Assembly: GCA_963666985.2 (NCBI GenBank)
Contig: CAXXIA010000002.1
Span: forward strand, 1,664,001 to 1,728,000
DNA length: 64,000 bases
Origin: Spirochaetia bacterium
Lineage (GTDB): Bacteria; Spirochaetota; Spirochaetia; DSM-2461
Reading direction: 5' to 3'
Positions 53,139-62,047 of this stretch are shown here, piece by piece; position 1 is the stretch's first letter; each line of letters starts with the position of its first letter. A program made the position numbers and the translations under genes. The notes beneath the pieces were generated by a model that saw nothing but the letters and a program-made list of their open reading frames with translations, was not told the origin of the DNA and made no database searches.

Positions 53139-53906
53139 ATGGGTCAAACGGTCGTCTTTGCGAACCAAAAGGGAGGTGTCGGTAAGACGACCTCCGCAGT
53201 CAACATCGGCGCCTATATGGCTGCGGCGGGGAAAAGAGTCTTGCTTGTGGATTTTGATCCGCAGGGAAATCTCAGCAGCAGCGTGGGAGTCCGGAAACCG
53301 GAAGTCGGTATTTATGACGCCCTTATAGGACGGGTCGCTTCATGCAGCGCGGTTGTTTCCACACCCCAAGAGAATATGGATATTCTTCCATCCGATCTCA
53401 GGCTTTCCGGCGCGACCGTCGAACTGGCGGACACGGAAGGACGGGAACAGTACTTAAAGAAGGCGCTGGCCCCCCTTGTGGGAGAATATGATTATATTCT
53501 GATCGACTGTCCTCCTTCTCTGGGAATTTTAACCATCAACGGCTTCGTTGCCGCCCGAGCGGTTATTGTTCCGCTTCAATGCGAGTTTTTCGCTCTTGAA
53601 GGTTTTCTGAATATGCTGTTTCAGACGATTAAACGAATTCAGAAGGGCATGAATCCGTCTTTGAAAATAGGCGGCATCATGTTCACGATGTACGATTCCA
53701 GGACGAAATTGGCACAAGAGGTGATTCAGCAGGTAAAAAACGCCTTTAAATCGCGCCCCGAAATGCTGTTTAAAACTGTTATTCCGCGGAATGTTCGCCT
53801 TTCGGAGGCGCCGAGTCACGGTGTTCCCATAAATTTATACGATCCGAATTGTGTCGGCGCCAGGAGTTATTCCGCTTTGGCCGAAGAGGTAATGAAACGT
53901 GTCTAA
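53139..53906 (+). CDS. parA: Chromosome partitioning ATPase ParA/Soj
   Basis: NQKGGVGKTT, DFDPQGN, IDCPPSLG, IPRNVRLSEAPSHG. Confidence 0.95.
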   Translation: MGQTVVFANQKGGVGKTTSAVNIGAYMAAAGKRVLLVDFDPQGNLSSSVGVRKPEVGIYDALIGRVASCSAVVSTPQENMDILPSDLRLSGATVELADTEGREQYLKKALAPLVGEYDYILIDCPPSLGILTINGFVAARAVIVPLQCEFFALEGFLNMLFQTIKRIQKGMNPSLKIGGIMFTMYDSRTKLAQEVIQQVKNAFKSRPEMLFKTVIPRNVRLSEAPSHGVPINLYDPNCVGARSYSALAEEVMKRV

Positions 53907-54795
53907 GAAAAAAGCTCTCGGTCAGGGCCTGGATGCCCTTTTGGGCGGAGAAATCGATCTTGATAATCCGGACGCCGGCGGAACTTCCGAAACAGGAGTT
54001 CTTTATCTTCCCATCGGTAAGCTGATTCCCAACCCGGATCAGCCGAGGGAACGGTTCGACGAGAACGCCATAGCCGAGCTTGCCGAATCCATCAAGCAGC
54101 AGGGCGTGATTCAGCCGATATTGGCCGAAGAGCGGCAGGATGGAAACTATCTGATTGTCGCCGGTGAAAGGCGATGGCGGGCGAGCCGTCTTGCCGGTCT
54201 TGAGGAGATGCCGGTTCTCGTTCGTGTTTTTTCCAAGGAACAGAAGCTCGAAATCGCTTTGGTGGAAAACGTTCAGCGTGAAGATTTAACCGCCATGGAA
54301 GAAGCGCGGGCCTATTATCATCTTATGGAAGCCTTGAACCTTTCGCAGCAGGAAGTCGCCGATAAGGTCGGGAAAAAACGTTCCACCGTCGCAAACAGCT
54401 TGCGGCTGCTGAAGCTTCCGGAAAACATGAAGGCCTCCGTGGAGGAAGGAACCTTAAGCGCCGGACATGCCCGCGCGCTGCTCTCCGTTACGAATCCCGC
54501 CGATCAGGAATTGCTGTTTTCAAGGATTGTTGAAAAAACACTTTCCGTAAGAGACGCGGAAGCCATGGCCACGGAAATGAATCGGGGTCATCGAGGTTCC
54601 GATACTTCCTCAAAAACGGCAAAAACACCGGCGGCAGATCGGAATCCGGAATTTGAAAAACTCGAAGAAGAACTGATCCGGGTTCTGGGCACCAAGGTTT
54701 CTTTGCGCGGAACCATGGCCAAAGGAAAAATGGAAGTTTGCTGGTATAACAGAGACGATTTGAATCGTCTCTATGAGCTTTTAGTTTCCGACTGA
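53899..54795 (+). CDS. parB: Chromosome partitioning protein ParB/Spo0J
   Basis: ALGQGLDAL, PNPDQPR, AGERRWRA, ENVQREDL, HTH, GHARALL. Confidence 0.95.
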   Translation: MSKKKALGQGLDALLGGEIDLDNPDAGGTSETGVLYLPIGKLIPNPDQPRERFDENAIAELAESIKQQGVIQPILAEERQDGNYLIVAGERRWRASRLAGLEEMPVLVRVFSKEQKLEIALVENVQREDLTAMEEARAYYHLMEALNLSQQEVADKVGKKRSTVANSLRLLKLPENMKASVEEGTLSAGHARALLSVTNPADQELLFSRIVEKTLSVRDAEAMATEMNRGHRGSDTSSKTAKTPAADRNPEFEKLEEELIRVLGTKVSLRGTMAKGKMEVCWYNRDDLNRLYELLVSD

Positions 54796-54797
54796 AC

Positions 54798-55133
54798 ATG
54801 GCCGGCGTCTTTACGGAAGCCGTCTGTTCTCTGCTCCTTTCCGTTCCCGAGGGTAAAGTCGTTACGTACGGATCTCTGGCCGCCGCCGCGGGGTCGCCGA
54901 GAGGCGCCAGACAGGTTGTTCGTATTCTGCATACGCAAAGCCGCAAACGAGGCCTTCCCTGGCATCGTGTTGTCGCGGCGGGCGGAAGAATCGCGTTAAC
55001 CGATCCCCGGGCGACCGAGCTGCAAAAGGGACTTTTAGAGTCGGAAAATGTTGTAATCGGGCTCGGCGGATGTGTTGATTTGTCCGAATATGAATGGTTT
55101 TTTTTTGAGACTGGAGATAGGGCAAGGAGCTGA
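54798..55133 (+). CDS. Alkyltransferase-like (ATL, MGMT family) protein
   Basis: VPEGKVVTYG, ARQV, PWHRVV (Trp in place of catalytic Cys). Confidence 0.88.
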   Translation: MAGVFTEAVCSLLLSVPEGKVVTYGSLAAAAGSPRGARQVVRILHTQSRKRGLPWHRVVAAGGRIALTDPRATELQKGLLESENVVIGLGGCVDLSEYEWFFFETGDRARS

Positions 55134-55224
55134 TCGGCTGAAAATAAAAAATCAATAGAGAATCAACGGATTATTATTTGCGATAAATCCATATACCTTC
55201 GGTTTTTTTGAGAGAGTTCCCGCA

Positions 55225-55254
55225 TTGACAAAGAGGGGGAATTCCGGCTAATTT
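55225..55254 (+). promoter_or_regulatory. sigma70 promoter of tRNA cluster
   Basis: TTGACA-18-TAATTT upstream of first tRNA. Confidence 0.6.
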
Positions 55255-55268
55255 GCTAACCCGGAATT

Positions 55269-55353
55269 GGAGGGGTGACCGAGCGGTTTAAGGGGCCGGT
55301 CTTGAAAACCGGTGCGGGGCAACCTGCCGTGGGTTCGAATCCCACCCCCTCCG
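55269..55353 (+). tRNA. tRNA-Ser(TGA)
   Basis: Cloverleaf, CCGGT-CTTGAAA-ACCGG anticodon arm, long variable arm, no encoded CCA. Confidence 0.95.
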
Positions 55354-55409
55354 TTGGGAGAGGGATTCGAAACGGCAAAAGAGCCGAGCGGTTTTCCCTT
55401 TTTTGTATT

Positions 55410-55496
55410 GGAGAGGTGCGAGAGCGGCTGAATCGGGCTCCCTGCTAAGGAGTTGTGTGGGTGACTGCACCGAGGGTTCGAATCCCTCCCTCTCCG
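55410..55496 (+). tRNA. tRNA-Ser(GCT)
   Basis: CTCC-CTGCTAA-GGAG anticodon arm, long variable arm, GGTTCGAATCC. Confidence 0.95.
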
Positions 55497-55724
55497 AAGG
55501 ATAGAATTGGATTTTTTGAGTTCCCAAGCCGATAAATAGCGGCGGCGGGATTCGAACCGGACGAGGCGGCCCGGATTTGCAAGGCACGATGCCGAGCAAA
55601 TAAGGGTGAATCCCTTCCTATCCGAAGGAAAGGCGGCAAGTGGGCCGCCGGACGTGAGTAAAGCTCGTGCCGATTTAAACCGGCGGCGAGTGAAGACATA
55701 GCGGTGAATCAAAACCGCGAACAA

Positions 55725-55798
55725 GTGCCCTTAGCTCAGTTGGATAGAGCGTTAGGTTGCGGACCTAAAGGTCGGAGGTTCGAGTCCTCTAGGGCATA
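55725..55798 (+). tRNA. tRNA-Arg(GCG)
   Basis: TTAGG-TTGCGGA-CCTAA anticodon arm; GGTTCGAGTCC. Confidence 0.93.
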
Positions 55799-55801
55799 TA
55801 T

Positions 55802-55889
55802 GGAGAGATGCGAGAGCGGTTGAATCGGGCGGACTCGAAATCCGTTGTGCCGGAATCCGGCACCCAGGGTTCGAATCCCTGTCTCTCCG
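55802..55889 (+). tRNA. tRNA-Ser(CGA)
   Basis: GCGGA-CTCGAAA-TCCGT anticodon arm, long variable arm. Confidence 0.95.
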
Positions 55890-56019
55890 AATGGATTGAC
55901 GGGGTTTTTAACGAGATTCCCTGCATGAATTAAAGAGTGCGGGGGTTCGAAGCGAGCGAGCGTTCGGCGTTTTCCCGTTTTTCCAAGGACCGTAACAGGT
56001 CCTCCGACAGTGTTTCTTT

Positions 56020-56107
56020 GGAGTGGTGACCGAGAGGCCGAAGGTGTACGCTTGGAAAGCGTATGTACCCTACCCGGGTACCGAGGGTTCGAATCCCTCC
56101 CGCTCCG
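56020..56107 (+). tRNA. tRNA-Ser(GGA)
   Basis: TACGC-TTGGAAA-GCGTA anticodon arm, long variable arm. Confidence 0.95.
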
Positions 56108-56113
56108 TCTTTT

Positions 56114-56230
56114 CCCCCGCGTTGATCCGTGGGTCCCGTGTTAAAGAGGATTGCCCAACCCCGTCAGGTCCGGAAGGAAGCAGCGGTAAGCAATTCCACT
56201 TTGTGCGCGTCAGGCTCCGGGGAGCGGGGG
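56114..56230 (+). ncRNA. ffs: Signal recognition particle (4.5S) RNA
   Basis: Helix-8 core TCAGGTCCGGAAGGAAGCAGC in a long hairpin closed by CCCCCGC/GCGGGGG, then T run. Confidence 0.92.
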
Positions 56231-56321
56231 TTTTTAGTAAAAAAATTAATCAACAATCATTATTTTAAAAATACCGCTTCGGGGCAAAGTAAAGTAGGAT
56301 TAAATCAAGGAGTTCCTTGAA

Positions 56322-56834
56322 ATGAAGAAGATACCGATCCTTTTACTTTGTTCCGTACTGGCGGCATCATGCGCGACATTTCCCAAGCCCGCCGACGATT
56401 CTTCCACGCTGCTTATCGTTGACAGAGAGTTCCAAGGGTGGAACAACATCACTCCGTTTATCACCTATTTCCTGATTTTTGATGATGAAGATAAAACGAG
56501 AATTTCCGTACCGGCGGGAAATTTAATCACGTATTCGGACCTCTTGAAGCCGGGACGGCACAAACTGACGGCCGTGATGTCTCATAACCTCACGGCCGCG
56601 GTTTCGGATTTTTATAATATAACGGGCGATATCGTCGTCGAAATGAAGGAAGGCGAAGCGACGGTTTTCCCATACACGTTTTTCGTTGAAATCGAAGGGA
56701 CGAGTCCGGTCCAATATTGGCAGAAATGGGGATTAAAACCTCTGACGAGCGAACGCCTGCGCAGTGTCCACAGCCAAGTAATGGAATATCCCGAAGCTCT
56801 CCATTGGGAGCCGTATCAAAGCGGCGGCTATTAA
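56322..56834 (+). CDS. Hypothetical lipoprotein
   Basis: AAGGAG RBS, MKK + hydrophobic core + LAASC lipobox. Confidence 0.75.
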   Translation: MKKIPILLLCSVLAASCATFPKPADDSSTLLIVDREFQGWNNITPFITYFLIFDDEDKTRISVPAGNLITYSDLLKPGRHKLTAVMSHNLTAAVSDFYNITGDIVVEMKEGEATVFPYTFFVEIEGTSPVQYWQKWGLKPLTSERLRSVHSQVMEYPEALHWEPYQSGGY

Positions 56835-56937
56835 TGAAGAGTATGCGGGGCAAACATATTTTCCTTTACGGCGGGAGAATGGAGAAAGCGGACTCTTCGC
56901 TTGAGAACGCGGCGCTTTCCGGCTAGACTGAAGCCCC

Positions 56938-58128
56938 ATGGAATTCGAGGTAACAGCAACACGTAAAAGACCGAAGACCTTCGGTGAGATGGCGGGCCAG
57001 GATTTTGTCGTGGCCACCCTGACCAATGCTCTGAAAAACAACCAGACGGTTCCGGCCTACCTCTTTTCCGGCCCCCGCGGAACGGGTAAGACATCGACCG
57101 CTCGGATTTTGGCCCGATCTCTGAACTGCGAAAAGGGACCGACGGCCGAACCCTGCGGCGTCTGTTCTTCTTGCGTTGAAATATCCAAAGGTGTTTCGCC
57201 GGATGTTATTGAGATTGACGGAGCTTCAAACACAAGCGTTAATGATATTCGTGCGATAAAGGACGAGGTTCTTTACGCCCCGCAGAGTTCCCGGAAAAAG
57301 ATTTACATCATCGATGAAGTTCATATGCTCTCCAACAGCGCGTTTAACGCTTTGCTGAAAACCATCGAAGAGCCTCCTCCTTACATCGTTTTTGTTTTCG
57401 CCACGACCGAAGTGCATAAAGTTCCTCCGACGATTCGATCCCGCTGCCAGCAGTTTCGATTCCGCTTATTTTCACCCGAACTGATTCGGGAAAAACTCAT
57501 GGAAGCGGCACGGGAAATGGGCCGCGAATATGAAAAAGACGCTCTCTCGTGGATTGCCCGGGAGGCGGGCGGTTCAATGCGCGATGCGTACACGCTTTTT
57601 GATCAGGTTATGTCGTTTTCGGAGGATCGTATAACGCTTCCCGGTATCAGAGAGAAGATGGGACTTGTCGGTTTGGACAGTGCCTCCGAACTCCTGGACG
57701 CCGCCGCCGCGGGAAACAGAAAGCGGGCCATGGAGATTTTGGATGAGATTCTCACCTCGGGAACCGCGGTGGAGCAAGTTCTGATGGAACTGGCCGACTT
57801 TCTCCGAAATTTGGTTTTTCTTTCCTACGGAATTGAGAAGGAATCTCTTTTGGGCTTAAGCCCTGAACGTTTCCCGGCAGGTCCGCGCGAGTCTTGGGAT
57901 ACGAACAGGCTTGAAGCGGCGGCGGAAGACGCGTTTGATTTGTTCCGCGACATTCGATATTCCCTGAATCCGCGATATGAATTGGAGCTGTTCATCGGAC
58001 GGCTTTGCGGTTTATCCGATAAATTGGATGCCTCCGATGTTTTGGAAAGAATAAAGACCCTCAGAGGCGAGCTGGTCGGCGGAACGTGGTCGGATCCGGT
58101 TCCGCTAAAAAAAAAACAGCTGACCTAG
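56938..58128 (+). CDS. dnaX: DNA polymerase III gamma/tau N-terminal part (zero-frame product, gamma-like, 396 aa)
   Basis: RPKTF, GPRGTGKTS, Zn-binding Cys, EIDGASN, IDEVHML, TIRSRC, GSMRDA; ends just after the A10 run. Confidence 0.95.
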   Translation: MEFEVTATRKRPKTFGEMAGQDFVVATLTNALKNNQTVPAYLFSGPRGTGKTSTARILARSLNCEKGPTAEPCGVCSSCVEISKGVSPDVIEIDGASNTSVNDIRAIKDEVLYAPQSSRKKIYIIDEVHMLSNSAFNALLKTIEEPPPYIVFVFATTEVHKVPPTIRSRCQQFRFRLFSPELIREKLMEAAREMGREYEKDALSWIAREAGGSMRDAYTLFDQVMSFSEDRITLPGIREKMGLVGLDSASELLDAAAAGNRKRAMEILDEILTSGTAVEQVLMELADFLRNLVFLSYGIEKESLLGLSPERFPAGPRESWDTNRLEAAAEDAFDLFRDIRYSLNPRYELELFIGRLCGLSDKLDASDVLERIKTLRGELVGGTWSDPVPLKKKQLT

Positions 58129-58802
58129 AACTTGTAACGGAAGCTCAAAAACTCTCGGTACAATCCCCTTTCGGTCAAACCGATAGCCGGGAAGAGACTG
58201 AAAACAAAGAAGCGGAGAAGTTTTTCTCGGCTTTTCGAAAACCATTTTCCCGAAGGGAAACTCCGGAGACCGTTGATGAGTCCGATTTCGGAGAACCCCC
58301 CTGCGCGGAACCGATTGATATAGGCTGGTCTCCGGAGCCCGATACGGCCGAGGATGACTTTGAATCATCCGCGCAGGATGATATTGCCCGGCGGACAACG
58401 GAGGAGCCCCTTGCGCCGGCGGAATCCGTTCCGGCTGGAACGGAGGAGGCTCCGGAAACCGCGGCCGAAGTCCGTAAGGCACCGGGAATCGGTGAAGAAC
58501 AGCGGCGCCTTCTGGTAGCGCAGATACGAAAAGAGAATTTATCACTGGCGGCAACACTGGAAAAAGCGGAAGAATGGAAGTGGGCGGAAGGGCGGCTGTC
58601 GCTGACCTTCGGTTTCGAGTACGAAGCGGCTTTGGCGAAAAACGAGGCGGCGACGATTCGGAAGGCGGCGGCTCAAATCGGATTGCCGTCGTTTAAAATG
58701 GATGTCATTACGGCCGGCGGACGGGAAGTCGGCGGCGGGGAAGAAAGTCCCCGCGTCGAACTGGTGCGCCGTGTTTTTCGCGGTCAGGTAATGAAAGGAT
58801 AA
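58107..58802 (+). CDS. dnaX: DnaX tau C-terminal extension in -1 frame, reached via A10 run
   Basis: Acidic/Pro-rich linker then folded domain ending VELVRRVFRGQV; fills the gap up to ybaB. Confidence 0.72.
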   Translation, partial: KKKTADLELVTEAQKLSVQSPFGQTDSREETENKEAEKFFSAFRKPFSRRETPETVDESDFGEPPCAEPIDIGWSPEPDTAEDDFESSAQDDIARRTTEEPLAPAESVPAGTEEAPETAAEVRKAPGIGEEQRRLLVAQIRKENLSLAATLEKAEEWKWAEGRLSLTFGFEYEAALAKNEAATIRKAAAQIGLPSFKMDVITAGGREVGGGEESPRVELVRRVFRGQVMKG

Positions 58803-58806
58803 CGAA

Positions 58807-59130
58807 ATGAACCCGCTGGACGTATTAAAGAATCTACAGAATCTTCAGTCGAAAATGGGTGAAACCCAAGAGAAACTGAAAACCCTCCGCGCCGAAGGCA
58901 CCTCGGGCGGGGATCTTATAAAAATAACCATCGACGGAACGATGGAGACGATTTCCGTTTTTATCGATCCTATCGCGGTAGATCCCAGAGACGTTAAAAT
59001 GCTGGAGGAACTTATCGGTGCGGCGTTTACCGACGCGGTACGGAAAATGCGGGTAATCCTTCAGCAGGAAATGTCGCAGATAGCGGGAATGGATATACCG
59101 TCTGATATTATGGGCGGGGGTAATCTTTGA
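58807..59130 (+). CDS. ybaB: YbaB/EbfC nucleoid-associated protein
   Basis: EGTSGGDLIKITIDG, IDP, DVKMLEELI.AA; dnaX-ybaB-recR synteny. Confidence 0.92.
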   Translation: MNPLDVLKNLQNLQSKMGETQEKLKTLRAEGTSGGDLIKITIDGTMETISVFIDPIAVDPRDVKMLEELIGAAFTDAVRKMRVILQQEMSQIAGMDIPSDIMGGGNL

Positions 59131-59131
59131 C

Positions 59132-59725
59132 ATGAAGCGGCTTGAGCGGCTGATTGATCATTTCGCCCGTCTGCCGGGCATCGGAAAGAAAAGCGCGTCC
59201 CGGATAGCCTATTGGCTTCTGGAAGCCGATGAGGAGTATGTTGATGCGTTCGCCGGCGACTTGGGTGAAATCCGGCGATTTATCGTCCGGTGCCGGGAAT
59301 GCGGGAATTATTCCGAGAACGAGCTTTGCGATGTCTGTTCTTCGCCTTCGCGGGATAAAAACATCATGTGCGTGGTGGAACAGTCAAAAGATGTTTCCAC
59401 GATTGAAGCCACCGGAGAATTCCGCGGACTTTATCATGTACTCCACGGCGTCTTATCCCCGTTGGACGGAGTCGGCCCCGAAGAGCTGGGGCTGGGGAAA
59501 ATGCGTGCCCGTATTCGCTCCGAAGGCGTTTCGGAAGTGATTGTTGCTACCAATCCCACGCTGGAAGGGGATTCCACGGCTCTCTACATCGTCAGAATGC
59601 TTTCGGAGGACGGCGTGAAGGTCAGCAGGATCGCCACGGGCCTGCCGGTCGGCGGCGACATGGAATACGCGGACCGGCTCAGCGTGGCCCGGGCGCTGCG
59701 GGCACGGCAGAATATCGGGGAGTAA
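59132..59725 (+). CDS. recR: Recombination mediator RecR
   Basis: LPGIGKKSA.R, C4 Zn finger, YHVLHG, ATNPTLEG, RIATGLPVG. Confidence 0.96.
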   Translation: MKRLERLIDHFARLPGIGKKSASRIAYWLLEADEEYVDAFAGDLGEIRRFIVRCRECGNYSENELCDVCSSPSRDKNIMCVVEQSKDVSTIEATGEFRGLYHVLHGVLSPLDGVGPEELGLGKMRARIRSEGVSEVIVATNPTLEGDSTALYIVRMLSEDGVKVSRIATGLPVGGDMEYADRLSVARALRARQNIGE

Positions 59726-59956
59726 TGGGAGAACACGGCGCCGCCTTTCCCGGTCAACCGCTCCTTTGGTTCGCGAAAGAACCTTAATTCTAAAGAACGT
59801 CATTGCCGGAGAGGCTGATCGCACCGTCGTTCAGGCTCGGCGAATTCAGAATTTCCGGACGCGGCAATTCTCGTTACCCATTACGTCCGCGGCGGAAGAG
59901 ACATACACGGTCCGAAATGATTGCTTCCGTCCGGAAAACCGTTTTGAACGGGCCCC

Positions 59957-61381
59957 TTAAAGTTTATCGATAAGCATCGAACATTTGCCCGAAGGAATCG
60001 GCAGAGTCTTTTTCTTACCTTCGTTCAAAAGATGAATGGAAAAATAATAGAGTTTTTCCGATTCAAGCCTGATTTCCCATCCTCGGGCCGATTTATTGCT
60101 GACGATGGTGATTCGGTTGCGCTTCAGAGGCAGTTCCTCGATGCCCATAAGTTCCAGAGTGGGAACAAACCAATCCACGGTTTTTCTCGGCAGACTGACA
60201 TAAAGACCGACGATGTTTTCAATCATAAGGGCGAGCGTGGACAGACCGGCAAAGGCGAGATTCAGAGGCTTGTTCCAGTCCGGATGTCCCTTCCAAACGG
60301 CGGGTCCGTCTTTAAAAGGTTTATAGGCCTGCCAGAGAGTTCCTTTTTTATTTCCGTCGGGGTGGAAGGTATCCAGAACGAAATACATGTGACGAATGGA
60401 GGCTTCCCGGGCAAAACCGTATTGATGATACTTTTCCAAACCCTTGATAACCATATAGGTAAAACAGGGAAAAACAGATCCCCGGGCGCCGCCGCCTTCT
60501 TCGTCGAAATCTTTTTCATCGGCAGCCAGAGTCGGGAAAGGATTTTCGGTTCCGAAGGAATTGGGATTTTTCAGATGCTCAAACAGACCTTCGGCGCGTT
60601 CTTCATTGGGAATTTCCGCAAGCAGCGTCCAGAAGGACGCGATGGTTTTAACCTTGACTCTTTTTTCATCCGCATCGAGGTCGTAATATATTTTGTCGTC
60701 CGGATCCCACATAAGAGAATTGATTCGTGTTTTCAGAGAGAAATACTGTCTTTTGTATCGGAATCCCAGCTCTTTATCGTTGAGAACATCGGCCAGCGCC
60801 GACATATAGAGCGCGTTCACCGCAACCTGGGTGTTGAAATCAACCGGATATTTAACATGATTCCGCGGAGCGTTTTCCATCATCGTGGCTTCCATGGGCG
60901 GAGCATAGAGGCCGTTTTCTTCTTTAAAATTACTTTCCAGCCAGTCATGATACGCCATTAACGAAGGCATAATGTTTTTAACGCGGACCTTCACGCCGAC
61001 TTTGTGGTAAAGGTTGTATTCAACCCAGGCGAGAAGCGGAGGGGCCAGCCCTTCGGGGTTTGTATCGGTCAGGACGGGTTCGCCGGTTTCAATATCGTAG
61101 GAACCGCGGATGGCTCCGGACTCTTCCTGCAGGGCGTAAAAGTTGTCTAGCATCTGATGAACCGGATACTTCTTGTTGAAGTACACCAAAAAGAACGAAG
61201 CAAGACAGCTTTCATAAAGATCGAAAGTTTTATTTTCGGGATAGGCGAAAAACGGATTATTGATGCCTGTTTTCGGATCGGCTTTGCGCCAGAAATCGCT
61301 CATCCAGGCCCATGTGCGATCATATATATCTACGAAATCCTGGTCATAATAATGGATTTGTGGGAATTCTTTCTTGAGCAC
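59957..61381 (-). CDS. MGH1/GH63-trehalase-like glycoside hydrolase family protein
   Basis: (alpha/alpha)6 motifs PPLLAW, MENAPR, INSLMWD...YYD, FPTLA, RGSVF; canonical acidic residues look altered. Confidence 0.72.
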   Translation of the reverse strand: MLKKEFPQIHYYDQDFVDIYDRTWAWMSDFWRKADPKTGINNPFFAYPENKTFDLYESCLASFFLVYFNKKYPVHQMLDNFYALQEESGAIRGSYDIETGEPVLTDTNPEGLAPPLLAWVEYNLYHKVGVKVRVKNIMPSLMAYHDWLESNFKEENGLYAPPMEATMMENAPRNHVKYPVDFNTQVAVNALYMSALADVLNDKELGFRYKRQYFSLKTRINSLMWDPDDKIYYDLDADEKRVKVKTIASFWTLLAEIPNEERAEGLFEHLKNPNSFGTENPFPTLAADEKDFDEEGGGARGSVFPCFTYMVIKGLEKYHQYGFAREASIRHMYFVLDTFHPDGNKKGTLWQAYKPFKDGPAVWKGHPDWNKPLNLAFAGLSTLALMIENIVGLYVSLPRKTVDWFVPTLELMGIEELPLKRNRITIVSNKSARGWEIRLESEKLYYFSIHLLNEGKKKTLPIPSGKCSMLIDKL

Positions 61382-61581
61382 TCTGTCTCCTCGGGAACAA
61401 TGAATTGTCGAAATAAATATACTGCTTGGAATTTTGGAATCATAGTGAAATCAGTGACGAAATTCAATGAGGAGAAAGAATAATTTCGATTCATCGGCGT
61501 TGAGCCTTTTTCCCAAAAGCCCGGCGGTATGTATCTCAAGGTTCTGCGGAGCGGTATTTTGCAGGAGATTTTATTAAATGA

Positions 61582-61607
61582 CCCCCCGAACCCGCGGGTT
61601 CGGGGGG
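61582..61607 (-). terminator. Hairpin downstream of DUF2089 operon
   Basis: Perfect palindrome CCCCCCGAACCCGCGGGTTCGGGGGG. Confidence 0.55.
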
Positions 61608-61620
61608 GGGCTCACAAGGA

Positions 61621-62037
61621 TTAGCCGGCGTAAATTCGGACCGTGTTATCCGAGGTTTCCACGTCCACCTCGAATTCCTGAATCGCGGCTAAAAGGGAAT
61701 CCATTTCGTCGGGATTCAGATTTTTCAGGTCGATTCCCTTCTTTTCCATGGCGTTCTCGATGTCCTTTCGAGCGTCTTTCGGCAGCAGGTTCATGAAATT
61801 AATGCCTGCTTTTACCAGGGCGATGGGTATCGTAACCTTAACCTGGTCCGTATCTTCGGCCCCTTCTTTCGGCAGAACCCGAACATACAGGTTTTTCGGC
61901 ATTACCCCCGATGATTCGGCTCCCGAGAAACCGGCCGGCGAATCCGGCTCTACCGCGTCCAGAAGCTTTTCGGCTTCCTCGGAACTGATTTTTCCTTGGG
62001 CAAGCATGTCCAAAATTTTCCGTTTTTCTTCACTCAT
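61621..62037 (-). CDS. SHOCT-like domain protein
   Basis: EEKRKILDMLAQGKISSEEAEKLLDA, VKVTIPIALVK; GGAGGA RBS. Confidence 0.8.
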   Translation of the reverse strand: MSEEKRKILDMLAQGKISSEEAEKLLDAVEPDSPAGFSGAESSGVMPKNLYVRVLPKEGAEDTDQVKVTIPIALVKAGINFMNLLPKDARKDIENAMEKKGIDLKNLNPDEMDSLLAAIQEFEVDVETSDNTVRIYAG

Positions 62038-62047
62038 ATCTTTCCTC

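Noticed and set aside
55540..55630. Possible minus-strand tRNA (GGTTCGAATCCCGCCGCCGCTA, TTGCAAA loop)
   Set aside because: No pairing anticodon or acceptor stem; treated as an anti-T-arm repeat instead
55248..55724. ORFs overlapping the tRNA cluster
   Set aside because: Antisense to clear tRNA genes
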